Source of the DNA: a virus
Lineage: Duplodnaviria; Caudoviricetes
Virus record (IMG/VR): IMGVR_UViG_3300027707_000013
Span: 6,610 to 70,609 of that record
Reading direction: 5' to 3' (one strand)
DNA: 64,000 nucleotides
Shown here piece after piece: positions 1 through 10,152 of the stretch (positions within the stretch are counted from its first letter, which is position 1; each line of letters starts with the position of its first letter). The notes under the pieces were generated by a model. That model was not told where the DNA came from. It saw only the letters and a program-made list of their open reading frames with translations, and did not search any database. The position numbers and the translations under genes are program-made.

Positions 1-357
1 ATGTCTTTCTTTAAAGTGTCTTAAAAGAGTTTTAATAGAATCTTGTCTACCAACTTTTTGTAATAACAAATAAGCGCCTAAGTCAGCGTCCATCTCCTCA
101 TCATCATTTCTTGGACCGTCATGTCCCAATATAATATGAGAGACTTCATGGGCTTCAATAAATTTAAGAACATCAGTTCCAAAGTTATCAATAAATTGTT
201 CTCCATCTATTATAATCAAGTTTTTACCTGGCACCATAAATCCATACCCATACTCATCAAATAATGGTTTAAGTTCCCCATATTGAGGATGGTCGTCAAG
301 AATGACTGCGATTTGTACCTCTGGTATGAATTCGCTATTAAATATTAATGGTTCCAA
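1..357 (-). CDS. HExxH zinc metallopeptidase-like protein, runs off the window edge
   Basis: Manual translation from an inferred TTG at 357 gives MEPLIFNSEF...FIEAHEVSHIILGH...EEMDADLGA, open to position 1. Not in the ORF track. Confidence 0.6.
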   Translation of the reverse strand, partial: MEPLIFNSEFIPEVQIAVILDDHPQYGELKPLFDEYGYGFMVPGKNLIIIDGEQFIDNFGTDVLKFIEAHEVSHIILGHDGPRNDDEEMDADLGAYLLLQKVGRQDSIKTLLRHFKERH

Positions 358-577
358 TCTTACTATTTTTATCTTTATATAATGACCAAAAATTAAACTT
401 CAACTTATTCAACACATCTAATTCTAATCTTGTTAGACCTGAATCTGAATATTTTGAATCCCATAGTGAAAAACATTTTAAAGTTGTCTCCATATGACTT
501 TCATCTTCTGAAGACTCTAAAATCTTAATCACCCACTCAAAATCCTTGATTGCTAGTTTAATATTATCTTTGGTCAT
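338..577 (-). CDS. hypothetical protein
   Basis: 79-aa ORF, co-directional with and overlapping its neighbour. Confidence 0.5.
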   Translation of the reverse strand: MTKDNIKLAIKDFEWVIKILESSEDESHMETTLKCFSLWDSKYSDSGLTRLELDVLNKLKFNFWSLYKDKNSKIGTINI

Positions 578-627
578 AATTTTTTTAATTTAATTTAAAG
601 GTAATACTTTATTTGATAATTACAAAA

Positions 628-1467
628 TTATGACAATAAATGGTAATATTCTTTAAAGTGTTTAATTCTATCAGGTAATCCAGTAGTACCACCGTTAACT
701 CTTTTGGTTACCGCAGTTACTGTTGTAATATCTGCTCCTTTATCACAAATTGACCAAAGCCCGTTTGAATTAAAAAAGAATGCTGCAGATGCTAACGGAT
801 ATTTTGTTGCGACTAAATCAGGATTTGAAACAGTATCTTCTCCAATAAATTTTGCAAAGTTAGTGTAATTTTCTTTTCCTGTTAATTGAATGTACCCTCG
901 GCCTCGGAATTTAAATCCTTCACCTGTAGATTCATTTCCATTACCCATTCTACCACCATAAACTCTATTGGCAATTTTTTGAGGGTTTCTTTCATACGAT
1001 TCAGCCAAACCAACTTCTTTGAAGTATTTTGCAAAAGTACCTTTTAAACCTTTTGCCGAGTAATTTAAATTTTCATTAACAGCTTTAAACCCTCCAGACT
1101 CATGTCCACATTGAGCTAAAAAGTGTGCCAATCTTAATGGTGTTGTTATATTAAATTTCTTAGCGGTATCAGGAATCTGAGCTATTACCGAATCGGGTAT
1201 GTGACCTTTTAGATTTTCTAATTTAAATTCACTACCTGAAGTGGTTGATGATTTTACAGATGACGGTTCAGTAATTAATTGTTGAGATGGGAACATCTTA
1301 CTCCAAGTTCCTTCACCTACAATTCCATCGGCATCTAAATGATTATCTGTTTGCCATTTTTTAATTGCTTTTTCCGTTCCTGGTCCAAATACACCATCGG
1401 CATTTAAACCTAATTTAGATTGTATTTTTTTTACGTCTTCTCCTTTAGACCCAATTTTTAGTATCAT
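628..1467 (-). CDS. endolysin: peptidoglycan-binding domain plus GH19 lysozyme/chitinase
   Basis: N-terminal DGVFGPGT/DGIVGEGTW PG-binding repeats; HFLAQCGHES, GRGYIQLTGKENY and TKRVNGG GH19 motifs. Confidence 0.9.
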   Translation of the reverse strand: MILKIGSKGEDVKKIQSKLGLNADGVFGPGTEKAIKKWQTDNHLDADGIVGEGTWSKMFPSQQLITEPSSVKSSTTSGSEFKLENLKGHIPDSVIAQIPDTAKKFNITTPLRLAHFLAQCGHESGGFKAVNENLNYSAKGLKGTFAKYFKEVGLAESYERNPQKIANRVYGGRMGNGNESTGEGFKFRGRGYIQLTGKENYTNFAKFIGEDTVSNPDLVATKYPLASAAFFFNSNGLWSICDKGADITTVTAVTKRVNGGTTGLPDRIKHFKEYYHLLS

Positions 1468-1545
1468 AATAATTTACGTTTATAACTATAAATACTTTTT
1501 AATTAAAAGATTGTTAGTTTACTATTTATAATAAAATATAATGTC

Positions 1546-2343
1546 ATGAAAAAGTTATTATTAATTCTACTAATTTTACCATTATTGACTTTTGGTCAAA
1601 CGTCATCGTGGAGAAGTAATCCACCTCAAACCCCGAGACCATCAATTCAACCAACACAAACCCCAACGAATGGAGTAAGTAGTTGGAGAAATGACCCTCC
1701 AAGAAATAATGTTACCCAACCAAATGTTATTATTCATAACCCATATTGGAATAATTGGGGTTGGAATAATTGGAATATGTTGGGAGCCCCTGTCTTTGGA
1801 TTTAATCATTGGTCATCGAGTTGGTATATTAATGATTGGGGTTACAGACAACCATCAAGAGTGTATGTTTATAATAATGGTAAAACAGAGACTATTAGAG
1901 GTAAAAAACCAATTATTAGTTTTGGTATTCAAACAACTACAGATAAACAAATTGGTGGTTTTTTTACTATTGGAAACAAAGCGTATTTTATAGCTGAGTA
2001 CAATTCAACATTTAAAAGAGATAATTCAACATTCTTTCCGTATGGTACTATAACACAAGTTGATTTCCCAATGGTGGACGATTTTGTGGAACAAAGAAGT
2101 TTCTACGTGGGTGTTGGTAAGAGGATTAAAAGAACAGGTGTACATATGATGATTGGTAGTGTAACAGAAGATGTTAAATGGAGAGGTAAGGACAATATTG
2201 GATATATTACTTTTCCAAAATATGTTGATAGGTTTACAACTGTGAAAGTTGGTGTATTACATGATTATAAAAACTTTACAATAAAATTAGACTACGACCC
2301 AGTAATTAATAATGGAACAATTGGATTGGGAGTTAACTTTTAA
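1546..2343 (+). CDS. secreted protein, probable outer-membrane beta-barrel
   Basis: Signal peptide, Pro/Asn/Trp-rich N-region, amphipathic strands, terminal GLGVNF beta-signal. Confidence 0.5.
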   Translation: MKKLLLILLILPLLTFGQTSSWRSNPPQTPRPSIQPTQTPTNGVSSWRNDPPRNNVTQPNVIIHNPYWNNWGWNNWNMLGAPVFGFNHWSSSWYINDWGYRQPSRVYVYNNGKTETIRGKKPIISFGIQTTTDKQIGGFFTIGNKAYFIAEYNSTFKRDNSTFFPYGTITQVDFPMVDDFVEQRSFYVGVGKRIKRTGVHMMIGSVTEDVKWRGKDNIGYITFPKYVDRFTTVKVGVLHDYKNFTIKLDYDPVINNGTIGLGVNF

Positions 2344-2363
2344 GTATTTATAATAAAAATCGT

Positions 2364-2906
2364 ATGTATTTAAGACAATTGATAAAAGAAACGTTGAAGG
2401 AACATTTAAACAAATCTTTAGTATTAAAAGAGAATATTGAAGTTTCCGATGCGTTACAATATCACATTGAAAATGATATGTCATTAACTAATAATGTTTT
2501 TAAAGTTTACTCTGAGGGTTACTTTAATTTAGTTAATGAAGTTAGAGACCTTTATAATGAGGGTAAAATCGATTTAAACTACAAAGACAAATTAATGGTT
2601 GAATCTGATTTGGGTAAGAAAGTTAAAATTGGTAAACAATATATCTATTTGGACGCACCTTATGTTTACGAGACTGAAGAGGATACTTTAATGGAATCCA
2701 AAACTCCAAGAGGACATAAGAAATTTGCGGTTTACACTAAGAGTAAAACAGGTGGACTTAAGAAAGTAACTTTTGGTAATTCTAAATTAGTGGTTAAAGA
2801 AAGTAGTAATTGTCTTCAAAAAACAGACAGAACAACCGCAGGATATTGGTCTTGTAATATTGGAAGATACTCTAAACAATTAGGTCTTTCTTCTTCAAAT
2901 TCTTAA
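2364..2906 (+). CDS. hypothetical, probable virion/head-associated protein
   Basis: N-terminal LIKETLKE-type propeptide; KKFAVYTK..KKVTFG..TAGYWSC motif; TATTTAT upstream. Confidence 0.5.
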   Translation: MYLRQLIKETLKEHLNKSLVLKENIEVSDALQYHIENDMSLTNNVFKVYSEGYFNLVNEVRDLYNEGKIDLNYKDKLMVESDLGKKVKIGKQYIYLDAPYVYETEEDTLMESKTPRGHKKFAVYTKSKTGGLKKVTFGNSKLVVKESSNCLQKTDRTTAGYWSCNIGRYSKQLGLSSSNS

Positions 2907-2908
2907 TA

Positions 2909-3202
2909 ATGGAGATAGATAAAATTAAAAAATACTTACAAGTATATATTGATGATGTTATAACACCAGAAATTAATAGTGAATTAGTTGGAGAGGATGA
3001 TGAACCAATAAAAATTACAATACATAAAGTAAATTTTGGTGAGGCAAATCCAAATAGAATAAATTTTTTTTTAGATATGGACCCAGATTGGTCTAAAGGT
3101 AGTTTTACACATAAAATCAACTCAGATATTTCAGGTTTTTTTAAAATGTTGGGTGTTGATAAAAATCTACACATCTACTGGAATAAACGACCATTGTTTT
3201 AA
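2909..3202 (+). CDS. hypothetical protein
   Basis: 97-aa ORF directly after the previous gene, followed by a terminator. Confidence 0.5.
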   Translation: MEIDKIKKYLQVYIDDVITPEINSELVGEDDEPIKITIHKVNFGEANPNRINFFLDMDPDWSKGSFTHKINSDISGFFKMLGVDKNLHIYWNKRPLF

Positions 3203-3281
3203 TATGTTTTATCCGTGCCAAACAAATTGTTAAATGCCAAACAAATTCTGAATTCAAAATTTGTTTGGCATAGAATAAAAA

Positions 3282-3305
3282 AACCCACCATAAAGGTGGG
3301 TTTGT
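3282..3305. terminator. bidirectional intrinsic terminator
   Basis: aaaaaacccacc-ataaa-ggtgggttt between convergent genes. Confidence 0.6.
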
Positions 3306-3309
3306 TATT

Positions 3310-4362
3310 TTAAGCTCTCATTGGCATTGTTTCTGAGATTGAATCCTCGGGATAATGTTCTCTTACAACCTCCCTTAATTGTATTACAACATCATGGTCA
3401 ATTTCTCTTTGTATTTGTTCCTCCATACCAAACATAACTTCACCCATGTATCGTGGAGTACGAACTTCCATCTCACCTATTTCCTCACCCATATCCATCA
3501 TTGTTTCAGGTTCAGCAATGTCACTCATTTTTTTAATGTTATAACCACATTCTGAAGTAACTTGGTTTTGAATCTCAGGTGAACACAATTCTTTATTTGT
3601 TTTATTGGAACTAAGAATTCTTCTAACAATAGGGAATAAATAATCGTCAGCATCCACATCTAAGTAATCAATTCTACGGTCTTCGGCATTCCAAAAACTT
3701 AACTCATCACCATCTCTTAACGATTTATACCCCGCAAATTTGTATCCAGTTACTTTGTTGATGAAGTAAACCAAGATTCCATATTGCCAATATTTCTCAA
3801 AGTATTGTTTTTCTTTTTGGTAAGTGGTACACCATCTTGTGGTTGCACCATACTTAGAAGACGCTTGGAATGTTAAAGGTCTAACCACTAACCATTTATC
3901 ATCTTCATATTCTTTAACTACCTGACCCTCAAGTTCTTTAGTTAATTCCTTAATACTCGCCAAAGTAATTGCAGCTCTTAAATCATCAATCGTTGAATAA
4001 GATGTGACATCTTTATTTTCAATCTGATTTTTTTCCATGTAACGAATAAAATCTTTCACCGTGAAAAAATTATCGTTATTAAAATAATCAGTACTATAGT
4101 GTAAATAATACAATTCGTTTTCTGTCAATCCATCGGTAGAAATCCCACGACTAAGTAGGTTTTCATGGATTTCTAATTTTGCAATATCCTTCTTTACCTT
4201 ATTGTTCTCGTATTGGTCTAAAATATTAAATCTTTTACCAAATACCTTACATAATAATGGAAAATATTTATAACTGCTTGAGGTGTCGATTCTTTTAAAT
4301 AAATCGAACATGGTCATGTTTAGTTCAGGGAACTGTTTTTTTAATTCATCTATTCGAGACAT
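3310..4362 (-). CDS. hypothetical protein with KYGxxTxWCxT motif
   Basis: 350 aa; motif shared with 44002..45492. Confidence 0.65.
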   Translation of the reverse strand: MSRIDELKKQFPELNMTMFDLFKRIDTSSSYKYFPLLCKVFGKRFNILDQYENNKVKKDIAKLEIHENLLSRGISTDGLTENELYYLHYSTDYFNNDNFFTVKDFIRYMEKNQIENKDVTSYSTIDDLRAAITLASIKELTKELEGQVVKEYEDDKWLVVRPLTFQASSKYGATTRWCTTYQKEKQYFEKYWQYGILVYFINKVTGYKFAGYKSLRDGDELSFWNAEDRRIDYLDVDADDYLFPIVRRILSSNKTNKELCSPEIQNQVTSECGYNIKKMSDIAEPETMMDMGEEIGEMEVRTPRYMGEVMFGMEEQIQREIDHDVVIQLREVVREHYPEDSISETMPMRA

Positions 4363-4450
4363 AAGTTCTAATGTTTTTTGTAATTTTAGGTAAATAAAAA
4401 ATGATAGTCAAAAAAAAAACATCCCGAATTTACGGGATGTTAATAACTTG

Positions 4451-4623
4451 AGGCTGTAGAGGATGGATTCGAACCACCACGAGGAGATTCAATTGATAAC
4501 ACAACGCTTGCAAGCTGGTGGTCTACCCCATATTATCAATCTATTTCTTGGTCCTCACCCCCGAGACAGGAGGGCTTGTATGCCACGGCCAGCATTACCT
4601 AAACCTATTCCAACACTCTACAG
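4451..4623 (-). ncRNA. oversized tRNA-Asp-like RNA (about 169 nt)
   Basis: Acceptor TGTAGAG/CTCTACA plus G73; T-arm GGTGG-TTCGAAT-CCATC; anticodon arm CCCTC-CTGTCTC-GGGGG; 39-nt D region; 79-nt variable region; terminator at 4418-4440. Confidence 0.7.
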
Positions 4624-4628
4624 TGTAA

Positions 4629-4841
4629 TTATTTTCCACCAAAATACTTCTCAATAACCTTTAATCTGTCTTCAGCGTCTACCAACATTTGTAACGCTTC
4701 TTCAGCGTTGCTGTAGAAGTCTTTAGTTGAGTGGTCACCGATACCAACAGCTCTGTTTCCCAAAAGGTCTAAAGTTAATAATGCTTTTGCTTTATCTGAC
4801 TCTGCAGATAGTTTCAACATGGTAATCAATTTTTCGTTCAT
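4629..4841 (-). CDS. conserved-looking phage hypothetical protein
   Basis: 70-aa ORF containing AVGIGDHS. Confidence 0.55.
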   Translation of the reverse strand: MNEKLITMLKLSAESDKAKALLTLDLLGNRAVGIGDHSTKDFYSNAEEALQMLVDAEDRLKVIEKYFGGK

Positions 4842-4896
4842 ATGTGTTTGTTTTAATATTTTTGTTAGATTGATACAAAAGTAGTATATTTGTCTT

Positions 4897-5322
4897 ATGA
4901 AAACAACTATTACTTTATTTTTAATTTTAGTTTGTTCCGTAGTCTACGGGCAAACCTCAGATGTGATGTATGTTCCAAACGATAAGAGTCTTGTTGTGAC
5001 ATATAACGACAACTACAGTGGTCTTGGATTTTATATGGGTGGTTATATCACCACATCGTTCCCACAACCATACATTTATACAACTCCTCAGTCAAGACTT
5101 AATCGTGCTGGAATAAGCCTTACTTGTAACAATAAGGTATCTGTTATGGGTGGAGTATTTTTTGAAAATTTTATGGACAACACCGAGTTCAAACCAGATG
5201 TTTGGGTTAAAGTTTATCCTCTAAGAATTCTATTAAATGTTGAAAGGGGTCCTGACTTTACTTTAGGGGTTAACTATATGAATGGAATTAATTATGGAGT
5301 AGGGTTATCAATTCCATTTTGA
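4897..5322 (+). CDS. secreted protein, probable small outer-membrane beta-barrel
   Basis: Signal peptide; terminal YGVGLSIPF beta-signal. Confidence 0.5.
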   Translation: MKTTITLFLILVCSVVYGQTSDVMYVPNDKSLVVTYNDNYSGLGFYMGGYITTSFPQPYIYTTPQSRLNRAGISLTCNNKVSVMGGVFFENFMDNTEFKPDVWVKVYPLRILLNVERGPDFTLGVNYMNGINYGVGLSIPF

Positions 5323-5336
5323 TGTATTTATAGTTA

Positions 5337-6320
5337 ATGAATCAAGAACAGGTAATAATAGACAGAGTTAATAGATTTTTTGAAAACCATACATTTGAGA
5401 TATATTATCTTCAAGATGGGGATGGTGAATATCCTACGTCTACTAACATTAAAGTTGAAATTACAGGAATAAGGGAATATATCTCAATGGGGGATAAGAA
5501 AGATTTTGTTACTCTCACATTGTATGTCTTACCTTCAAGCGAATTATCTGACGCTCATAATTCAATTATGAGTGGTTATTTTGGTCGTGAAACAAAAATT
5601 GAAACATACGATTCTGGACCTTACCAAAATCTTGTGTGGGTAACACAACAAAAAGTAGATGAGTTATTAAAATATTTTTCATTACCATCATCAATGATTA
5701 CAAAAGTAATAAATAAAGTGGAACCAAGGAAAATGAACGAATCTTTAATAGTGGAGGGAGAATTAGATAAACTTACCAAAAAATTGGTTAAGGATGTGGT
5801 TCTGTTTTTTAAACATCAAAGAGTTGGTGAATTTTCACTACCTGAAGATATGGGTGTTGATGATATGGTTTACACTTATCCAGGATTTGACGGGTTTACA
5901 ATTAAATTGAATTTAGAATTAAGTGATAAGGTAGACACTATTGATGTTGATGCTGAATTACGATACAATGATGGTGATATGAATATCACAATTATATCAA
6001 ATCCGAAGGCGGGATATTCTGTTTTAGAAGAATTAACTTACGAATTAAACGAAGTTATTCGACATGAATTAGAACATGTAAAACAACATGATGATGGTTA
6101 TAATTTTCCTAAAAATGAGCCTAAAAACCCTGAAAAATATTACACACAACAACATGAGTTAGAAGCTCAAAGAGCTGGTTTTAATAAAAAATCTAAAACA
6201 ACAAAATTAGATTTTGAAACTTTGGTTAGAAGTTGGTTTGAAAAAAATTCTCACAAACATAGATTGAATCCGTCTCAAAAAGAAAAAGTAATTCAAAAAA
6301 TTCTTAACAATAATGACTAA
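5337..6320 (+). CDS. HExxH metallopeptidase-like protein
   Basis: IRHELEHVKQ followed by HELEAQ; TATTTAT at 5325. Confidence 0.55.
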   Translation: MNQEQVIIDRVNRFFENHTFEIYYLQDGDGEYPTSTNIKVEITGIREYISMGDKKDFVTLTLYVLPSSELSDAHNSIMSGYFGRETKIETYDSGPYQNLVWVTQQKVDELLKYFSLPSSMITKVINKVEPRKMNESLIVEGELDKLTKKLVKDVVLFFKHQRVGEFSLPEDMGVDDMVYTYPGFDGFTIKLNLELSDKVDTIDVDAELRYNDGDMNITIISNPKAGYSVLEELTYELNEVIRHELEHVKQHDDGYNFPKNEPKNPEKYYTQQHELEAQRAGFNKKSKTTKLDFETLVRSWFEKNSHKHRLNPSQKEKVIQKILNNND

Positions 6321-7047
6321 TCTTTACAAAATAGCTAAAAAGGTATTGATGAGTCAATCATTTTTTGAAGATGGTTACGAATATCAATTTGTTAAAGTTG
6401 AACTTGATGAGGATAGGTTTGCGTTTAACATTACGGTAAACGTTATTTTACCTAAAAAGGGTCAGTCATATGCAACTGCAGTTTTTAGTGGTGGAATTCA
6501 TAAAATACTTGATAATATATGGGGGTATATCGGTTCATCTTTTTCGTATTCTGAACATATATTAGTTGACGGTAAAGAACCAATAAACAATGGTGTCTAT
6601 ATTAGCCCTGAAAAACAAAATCAACTTTTATTTCAACTAAGAAAACAGATAAAAAGAGCCGAAATTATTACTAATAATAAAAACGTTTTATCGTTTGACG
6701 TTCAATGGATAAGAGATGATAAAGAATTTTACAAATACAACGACGTATATGTTAACTTGTATTTCTTTATTGACTTATCTAATTTTAAATTTGATGGTAA
6801 AAGGGTTATACCTAATTTAAAAATTGGTGATGAAATTGCTGGTATAATCAGCGATAACTTATATGATGATGATTCTTTTAAAAGTCGTGTGGATAATATT
6901 ATATACTCGGTAATGAATGATGAAATGGACCTACGTAATATTGATGATATGTACCTTGAAGGGTTATGGCATGTAAGAAAATTAGATGGGATGGAAGTCT
7001 TTCCAACGATGAGAGGTTACGATATAACCGACAACATGTTTACTTAA
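6313..7047 (+). CDS. hypothetical protein
   Basis: 244-aa ORF overlapping the upstream stop codon. Confidence 0.6.
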   Translation: MTNLYKIAKKVLMSQSFFEDGYEYQFVKVELDEDRFAFNITVNVILPKKGQSYATAVFSGGIHKILDNIWGYIGSSFSYSEHILVDGKEPINNGVYISPEKQNQLLFQLRKQIKRAEIITNNKNVLSFDVQWIRDDKEFYKYNDVYVNLYFFIDLSNFKFDGKRVIPNLKIGDEIAGIISDNLYDDDSFKSRVDNIIYSVMNDEMDLRNIDDMYLEGLWHVRKLDGMEVFPTMRGYDITDNMFT

Positions 7048-7660
7048 GTTTTTGAATTATCTTTCTAATAACTTGAGATAGAGCCTGAGCCCCTATAACA
7101 ACAATTCCTGATGACACAAGTCTTTCAGCAATTAACAATCCAGCCTCTTTAGGGTCGACCGAACTTTCGGCAATGTTTTGAATATCTAAAATAATTGGGA
7201 TTAAAAATGCATAAGCCACAATATCCATAAAACTACCAACACTAACATTTAGTGAGAATAGGAAACCTTTGAATGATGACTTCAACTCTTTTCCTTTGTC
7301 TAAAGTTTTTTTAAAAACTTCTTCAAGACCCTCTTCTTTAATTTTTTTTAAAACATCAACTATCCCCTTCTTATTATCAAAAAATAGTATGAAGGCAATT
7401 CCCGCCAAAACGAGATATCTTTGGTTATCGGATAAATTAAACTCACCTGACTTAATGAATTGGTCTAACGGCATTACTAATCCACCAACAGCGGTACCCC
7501 ACGTTAATAACATTTTTAGGTTAAGATTATAAACTTTACCAGCTCGGTTTACAAGATTTTTGGTGAAAGAATACATGGTTTTCATGTACCCGTTCATTCT
7601 TGATTCATCCTGCTCCTGTAAAATTGTTCTCAGTTGAGATTCGTTAATTAAAAAATCCAT
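7040..7660 (-). CDS. hypothetical, probable head-targeted protein with hydrophobic helices
   Basis: MDFLINESQLRTILQEQ N-terminus; three hydrophobic segments. Confidence 0.55.
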   Translation of the reverse strand: MDFLINESQLRTILQEQDESRMNGYMKTMYSFTKNLVNRAGKVYNLNLKMLLTWGTAVGGLVMPLDQFIKSGEFNLSDNQRYLVLAGIAFILFFDNKKGIVDVLKKIKEEGLEEVFKKTLDKGKELKSSFKGFLFSLNVSVGSFMDIVAYAFLIPIILDIQNIAESSVDPKEAGLLIAERLVSSGIVVIGAQALSQVIRKIIQKLK

Positions 7661-7693
7661 ACAACAATAAATATACTGTATATATTTATTATC

Positions 7694-8305
7694 ATGAGAG
7701 GTGAATTAAATCCAACATTAAAAGAGGGAGATAAAGTTGTTTGTTACCACATGGATGGTGAGACAGGTGTTCCTCCAGGGACTGAAGGTACTGTAAGAAG
7801 AATAAGTAGGGACCCATTTGAACCAAACGGTGACGAATTGATTATTGAAGTAAACTGGGATAACGGAAGTACGTTAGCTTTAGTTTCATCTACAGATGCG
7901 TGGAAAAAACCAAAAGAGAGAGTTCAAGAGGCCTCAACTACAGGTGACCGCCACTATGATTATTTTTCCAAAAACCCTGAAATTTTTGAAAACTTTAATT
8001 GGAGATTTTTTAGAGAATTTCTTAACAAACTTAGAGATTCTAGTGTTGTGAATATGTTCCAAGCTGGTCCTTTTTTATATTCAGGTAGAGAATGGATTGA
8101 TAGATACCATGGAGAAAACAAAGAAGAAAACGAAGCGTTTCAAGAAGTTTTAGAAATGGCGGAAGAATCTAAAATGAAATTGGTACAAGGTCTTATGAAA
8201 TACATGGAATCCAAAAAATTAGATATGGATGATATGAGTAGAGTGAACCATTTGGCTGAAAAGTTCGCCAGCAAAATAGTCCAACTCTACATGACATTCG
8301 ATTAA
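7694..8305 (+). CDS. DUF4314-like SH3-fold protein
   Basis: MDGETGVPPGTEGTV..VNWDNGSTLAL motif. Confidence 0.6.
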   Translation: MRGELNPTLKEGDKVVCYHMDGETGVPPGTEGTVRRISRDPFEPNGDELIIEVNWDNGSTLALVSSTDAWKKPKERVQEASTTGDRHYDYFSKNPEIFENFNWRFFREFLNKLRDSSVVNMFQAGPFLYSGREWIDRYHGENKEENEAFQEVLEMAEESKMKLVQGLMKYMESKKLDMDDMSRVNHLAEKFASKIVQLYMTFD

Positions 8306-8646
8306 GAATCTTCTCTACCGTAATCGTCATCTAACCTTACAATATCATCTTCACCAAAGTACTCACCAACTTGTACTTCAATAAAGATTAATGGTGATTC
8401 TTCTTCATTCATAATTCGGTGTTTTGCACCAAGTGGAATATGAATTGACTCTCCTTGATATCTGAAAACTTTTTCATCATCTAAAATTATCGTTGCAGAA
8501 CCTTGAACTATTGTCCAATATTCTTTTCTCTGATTATGGTATTGGTAGGACAGACGTTGTCCTGGATTTACGGTGATTTGTTTTACTTTAGTGTAACTTG
8601 TGTCTAATAGGATTTCGTAAAATCCCCATGGTCTTTCTTCTTTCAT
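8302..8646 (-). CDS. mannose-6-phosphate isomerase type II cupin
   Basis: ERPWGFY, VKQITVNPGQRLSYQYH, EYWTIVQG, DDIVRLDD. Confidence 0.85.
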   Translation of the reverse strand: MKEERPWGFYEILLDTSYTKVKQITVNPGQRLSYQYHNQRKEYWTIVQGSATIILDDEKVFRYQGESIHIPLGAKHRIMNEEESPLIFIEVQVGEYFGEDDIVRLDDDYGREDS

Positions 8647-9497
8647 AATGATTGAATATATGATTTTAATTTATCTGACGGACTCCAACCTAATCGGGTC
8701 AATGTGTCAAAATTTTCTCTTAATGTTGAAGGATAGTTTCCAGCTTGGTCAGGAATATGAATTTTTTTAATCTCTCCAAACTTTTCTACCATCATTTCAT
8801 AAACTTCATTTACAGAGTAATTAACTCCTGTTCCTAGTTCCCAAGCGTCCTCATGTTTTTCTGAAGACATACCAACTTTATATAGACCATCTACAATGTC
8901 TTCAACATGGGTAAAGTCTCTACGTTGATTACCATCACCAACTATCGTAATTGGTAATTCATTATTAATTTGATATCTCCAAATTCCAATAACCGCAGCC
9001 ATTTTACTGTCAACTAATTCGTTTGGACCATAAACATTATAGAATCTACAAATTTCAAAATCACAATTATATGCCGTCCTGTACATCTTCAAAATGTCCT
9101 CACCAATTTTTTTACTTGTTGCGTAAGGAGAAGTTTGAGGGTTACACCAACGAGATGATGAACCAGCATAAACCACTTTAACGTTGTTTTCTTTTGCCCA
9201 TTGTGCAACAGTTTGAGTACCTCCAGCATTTACTCTGAAGTTTTCCATTGGGTCATCAAATGAAGTTTGGATTCGAGACAACGCGGCAAGATGATAACAC
9301 AAATCAAAGTTATCATTTTTCCAATATAAAAGTTGCTCAATGTCACCGTATGAGTAACTACATCCTTCAACTTCATATTCTTTTAAACCTGTTGATAAGT
9401 CATCTAACGATACTACATTATGACCTTCACTAACCAATCTTTTAATTAAATTACTACCGATAAATCCATTACCACCTGTTACTAATATTTTTTTCAT
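8643..9497 (-). CDS. NAD-dependent nucleotide-sugar epimerase/dehydratase
   Basis: GGNGFIG, YxxxK (YATSK), RFYNVYGP, GDGNQRRDFTHV. Confidence 0.9.
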   Translation of the reverse strand: MKKILVTGGNGFIGSNLIKRLVSEGHNVVSLDDLSTGLKEYEVEGCSYSYGDIEQLLYWKNDNFDLCYHLAALSRIQTSFDDPMENFRVNAGGTQTVAQWAKENNVKVVYAGSSSRWCNPQTSPYATSKKIGEDILKMYRTAYNCDFEICRFYNVYGPNELVDSKMAAVIGIWRYQINNELPITIVGDGNQRRDFTHVEDIVDGLYKVGMSSEKHEDAWELGTGVNYSVNEVYEMMVEKFGEIKKIHIPDQAGNYPSTLRENFDTLTRLGWSPSDKLKSYIQSL

Positions 9498-9931
9498 TAT
9501 TTTTTTTTTATCATGTCACTCGAATTGTGAGTTTTTAATCCCAACCCGTCAACTATTTTTATACCTAATGAATCACAAACTATTTTCTCAGGGATTTCGT
9601 TTGCGAATCGGTCACCACCTTTTGTAAAGATGATTTCAGACTCAGGGTCTAATGATTTAATCTTATCGTGAAATAATTTAATTGTTTCACAAACACTACC
9701 GTCTTGGTCAATGGCAATTTCAGCATGGTCAACGTATCTGATTGATTCGATAACCACTTTACGATATTCCTCATCTTGGAAGGAAGGTATACCTCTTTTT
9801 AATTCGGCTTGTTTATCGTTATTTACGATTACCCATAGTTCGTCCACAAGTTCTTTGGACAACATAAGACATTCAATATGTCCTGGATGGATTGGGTTTC
9901 CATACATTGATGTTATTCCGTATTTTTTCAT
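9497..9931 (-). CDS. cytidylyltransferase-like nucleotidyltransferase (RfaE/TagD family)
   Basis: HPGH (HxGH) motif, IVNND, KGGDR. Confidence 0.8.
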   Translation of the reverse strand: MKKYGITSMYGNPIHPGHIECLMLSKELVDELWVIVNNDKQAELKRGIPSFQDEEYRKVVIESIRYVDHAEIAIDQDGSVCETIKLFHDKIKSLDPESEIIFTKGGDRFANEIPEKIVCDSLGIKIVDGLGLKTHNSSDMIKKK

Positions 9932-10152
9932 TAAACAGTAATTTGAATTATCGTTTTATCTTCTTTTTTTATTATTTTGTAACTTTTAAGGTAACGGTTG
10001 TCTAATGAAAGACAATATTTTTTCAAATCAATAATTGTTTTATCCCTATCTTCACCTCGGATGACTCCAGTAATTGTTTGAGGTGCAAAATCAATTCCAA
10101 TATTATGCCATTCGTCACCGATTATTTCGGGTAGTATGATTTCGTATTCCAT
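9931..10152 (-). CDS. hypothetical protein
   Basis: Translationally coupled 73-aa ORF. Confidence 0.5.
   Translation of the reverse strand: MEYEIILPEIIGDEWHNIGIDFAPQTITGVIRGEDRDKTIIDLKKYCLSLDNRYLKSYKIIKKEDKTIIQITV

Noticed and set aside
4451-4623. YrlA/Y RNA or tRNA-Sec identity for the large tRNA-like RNA
   Set aside because: The ends are not permuted as in YrlA, and the anticodon is GTC, not TCA.
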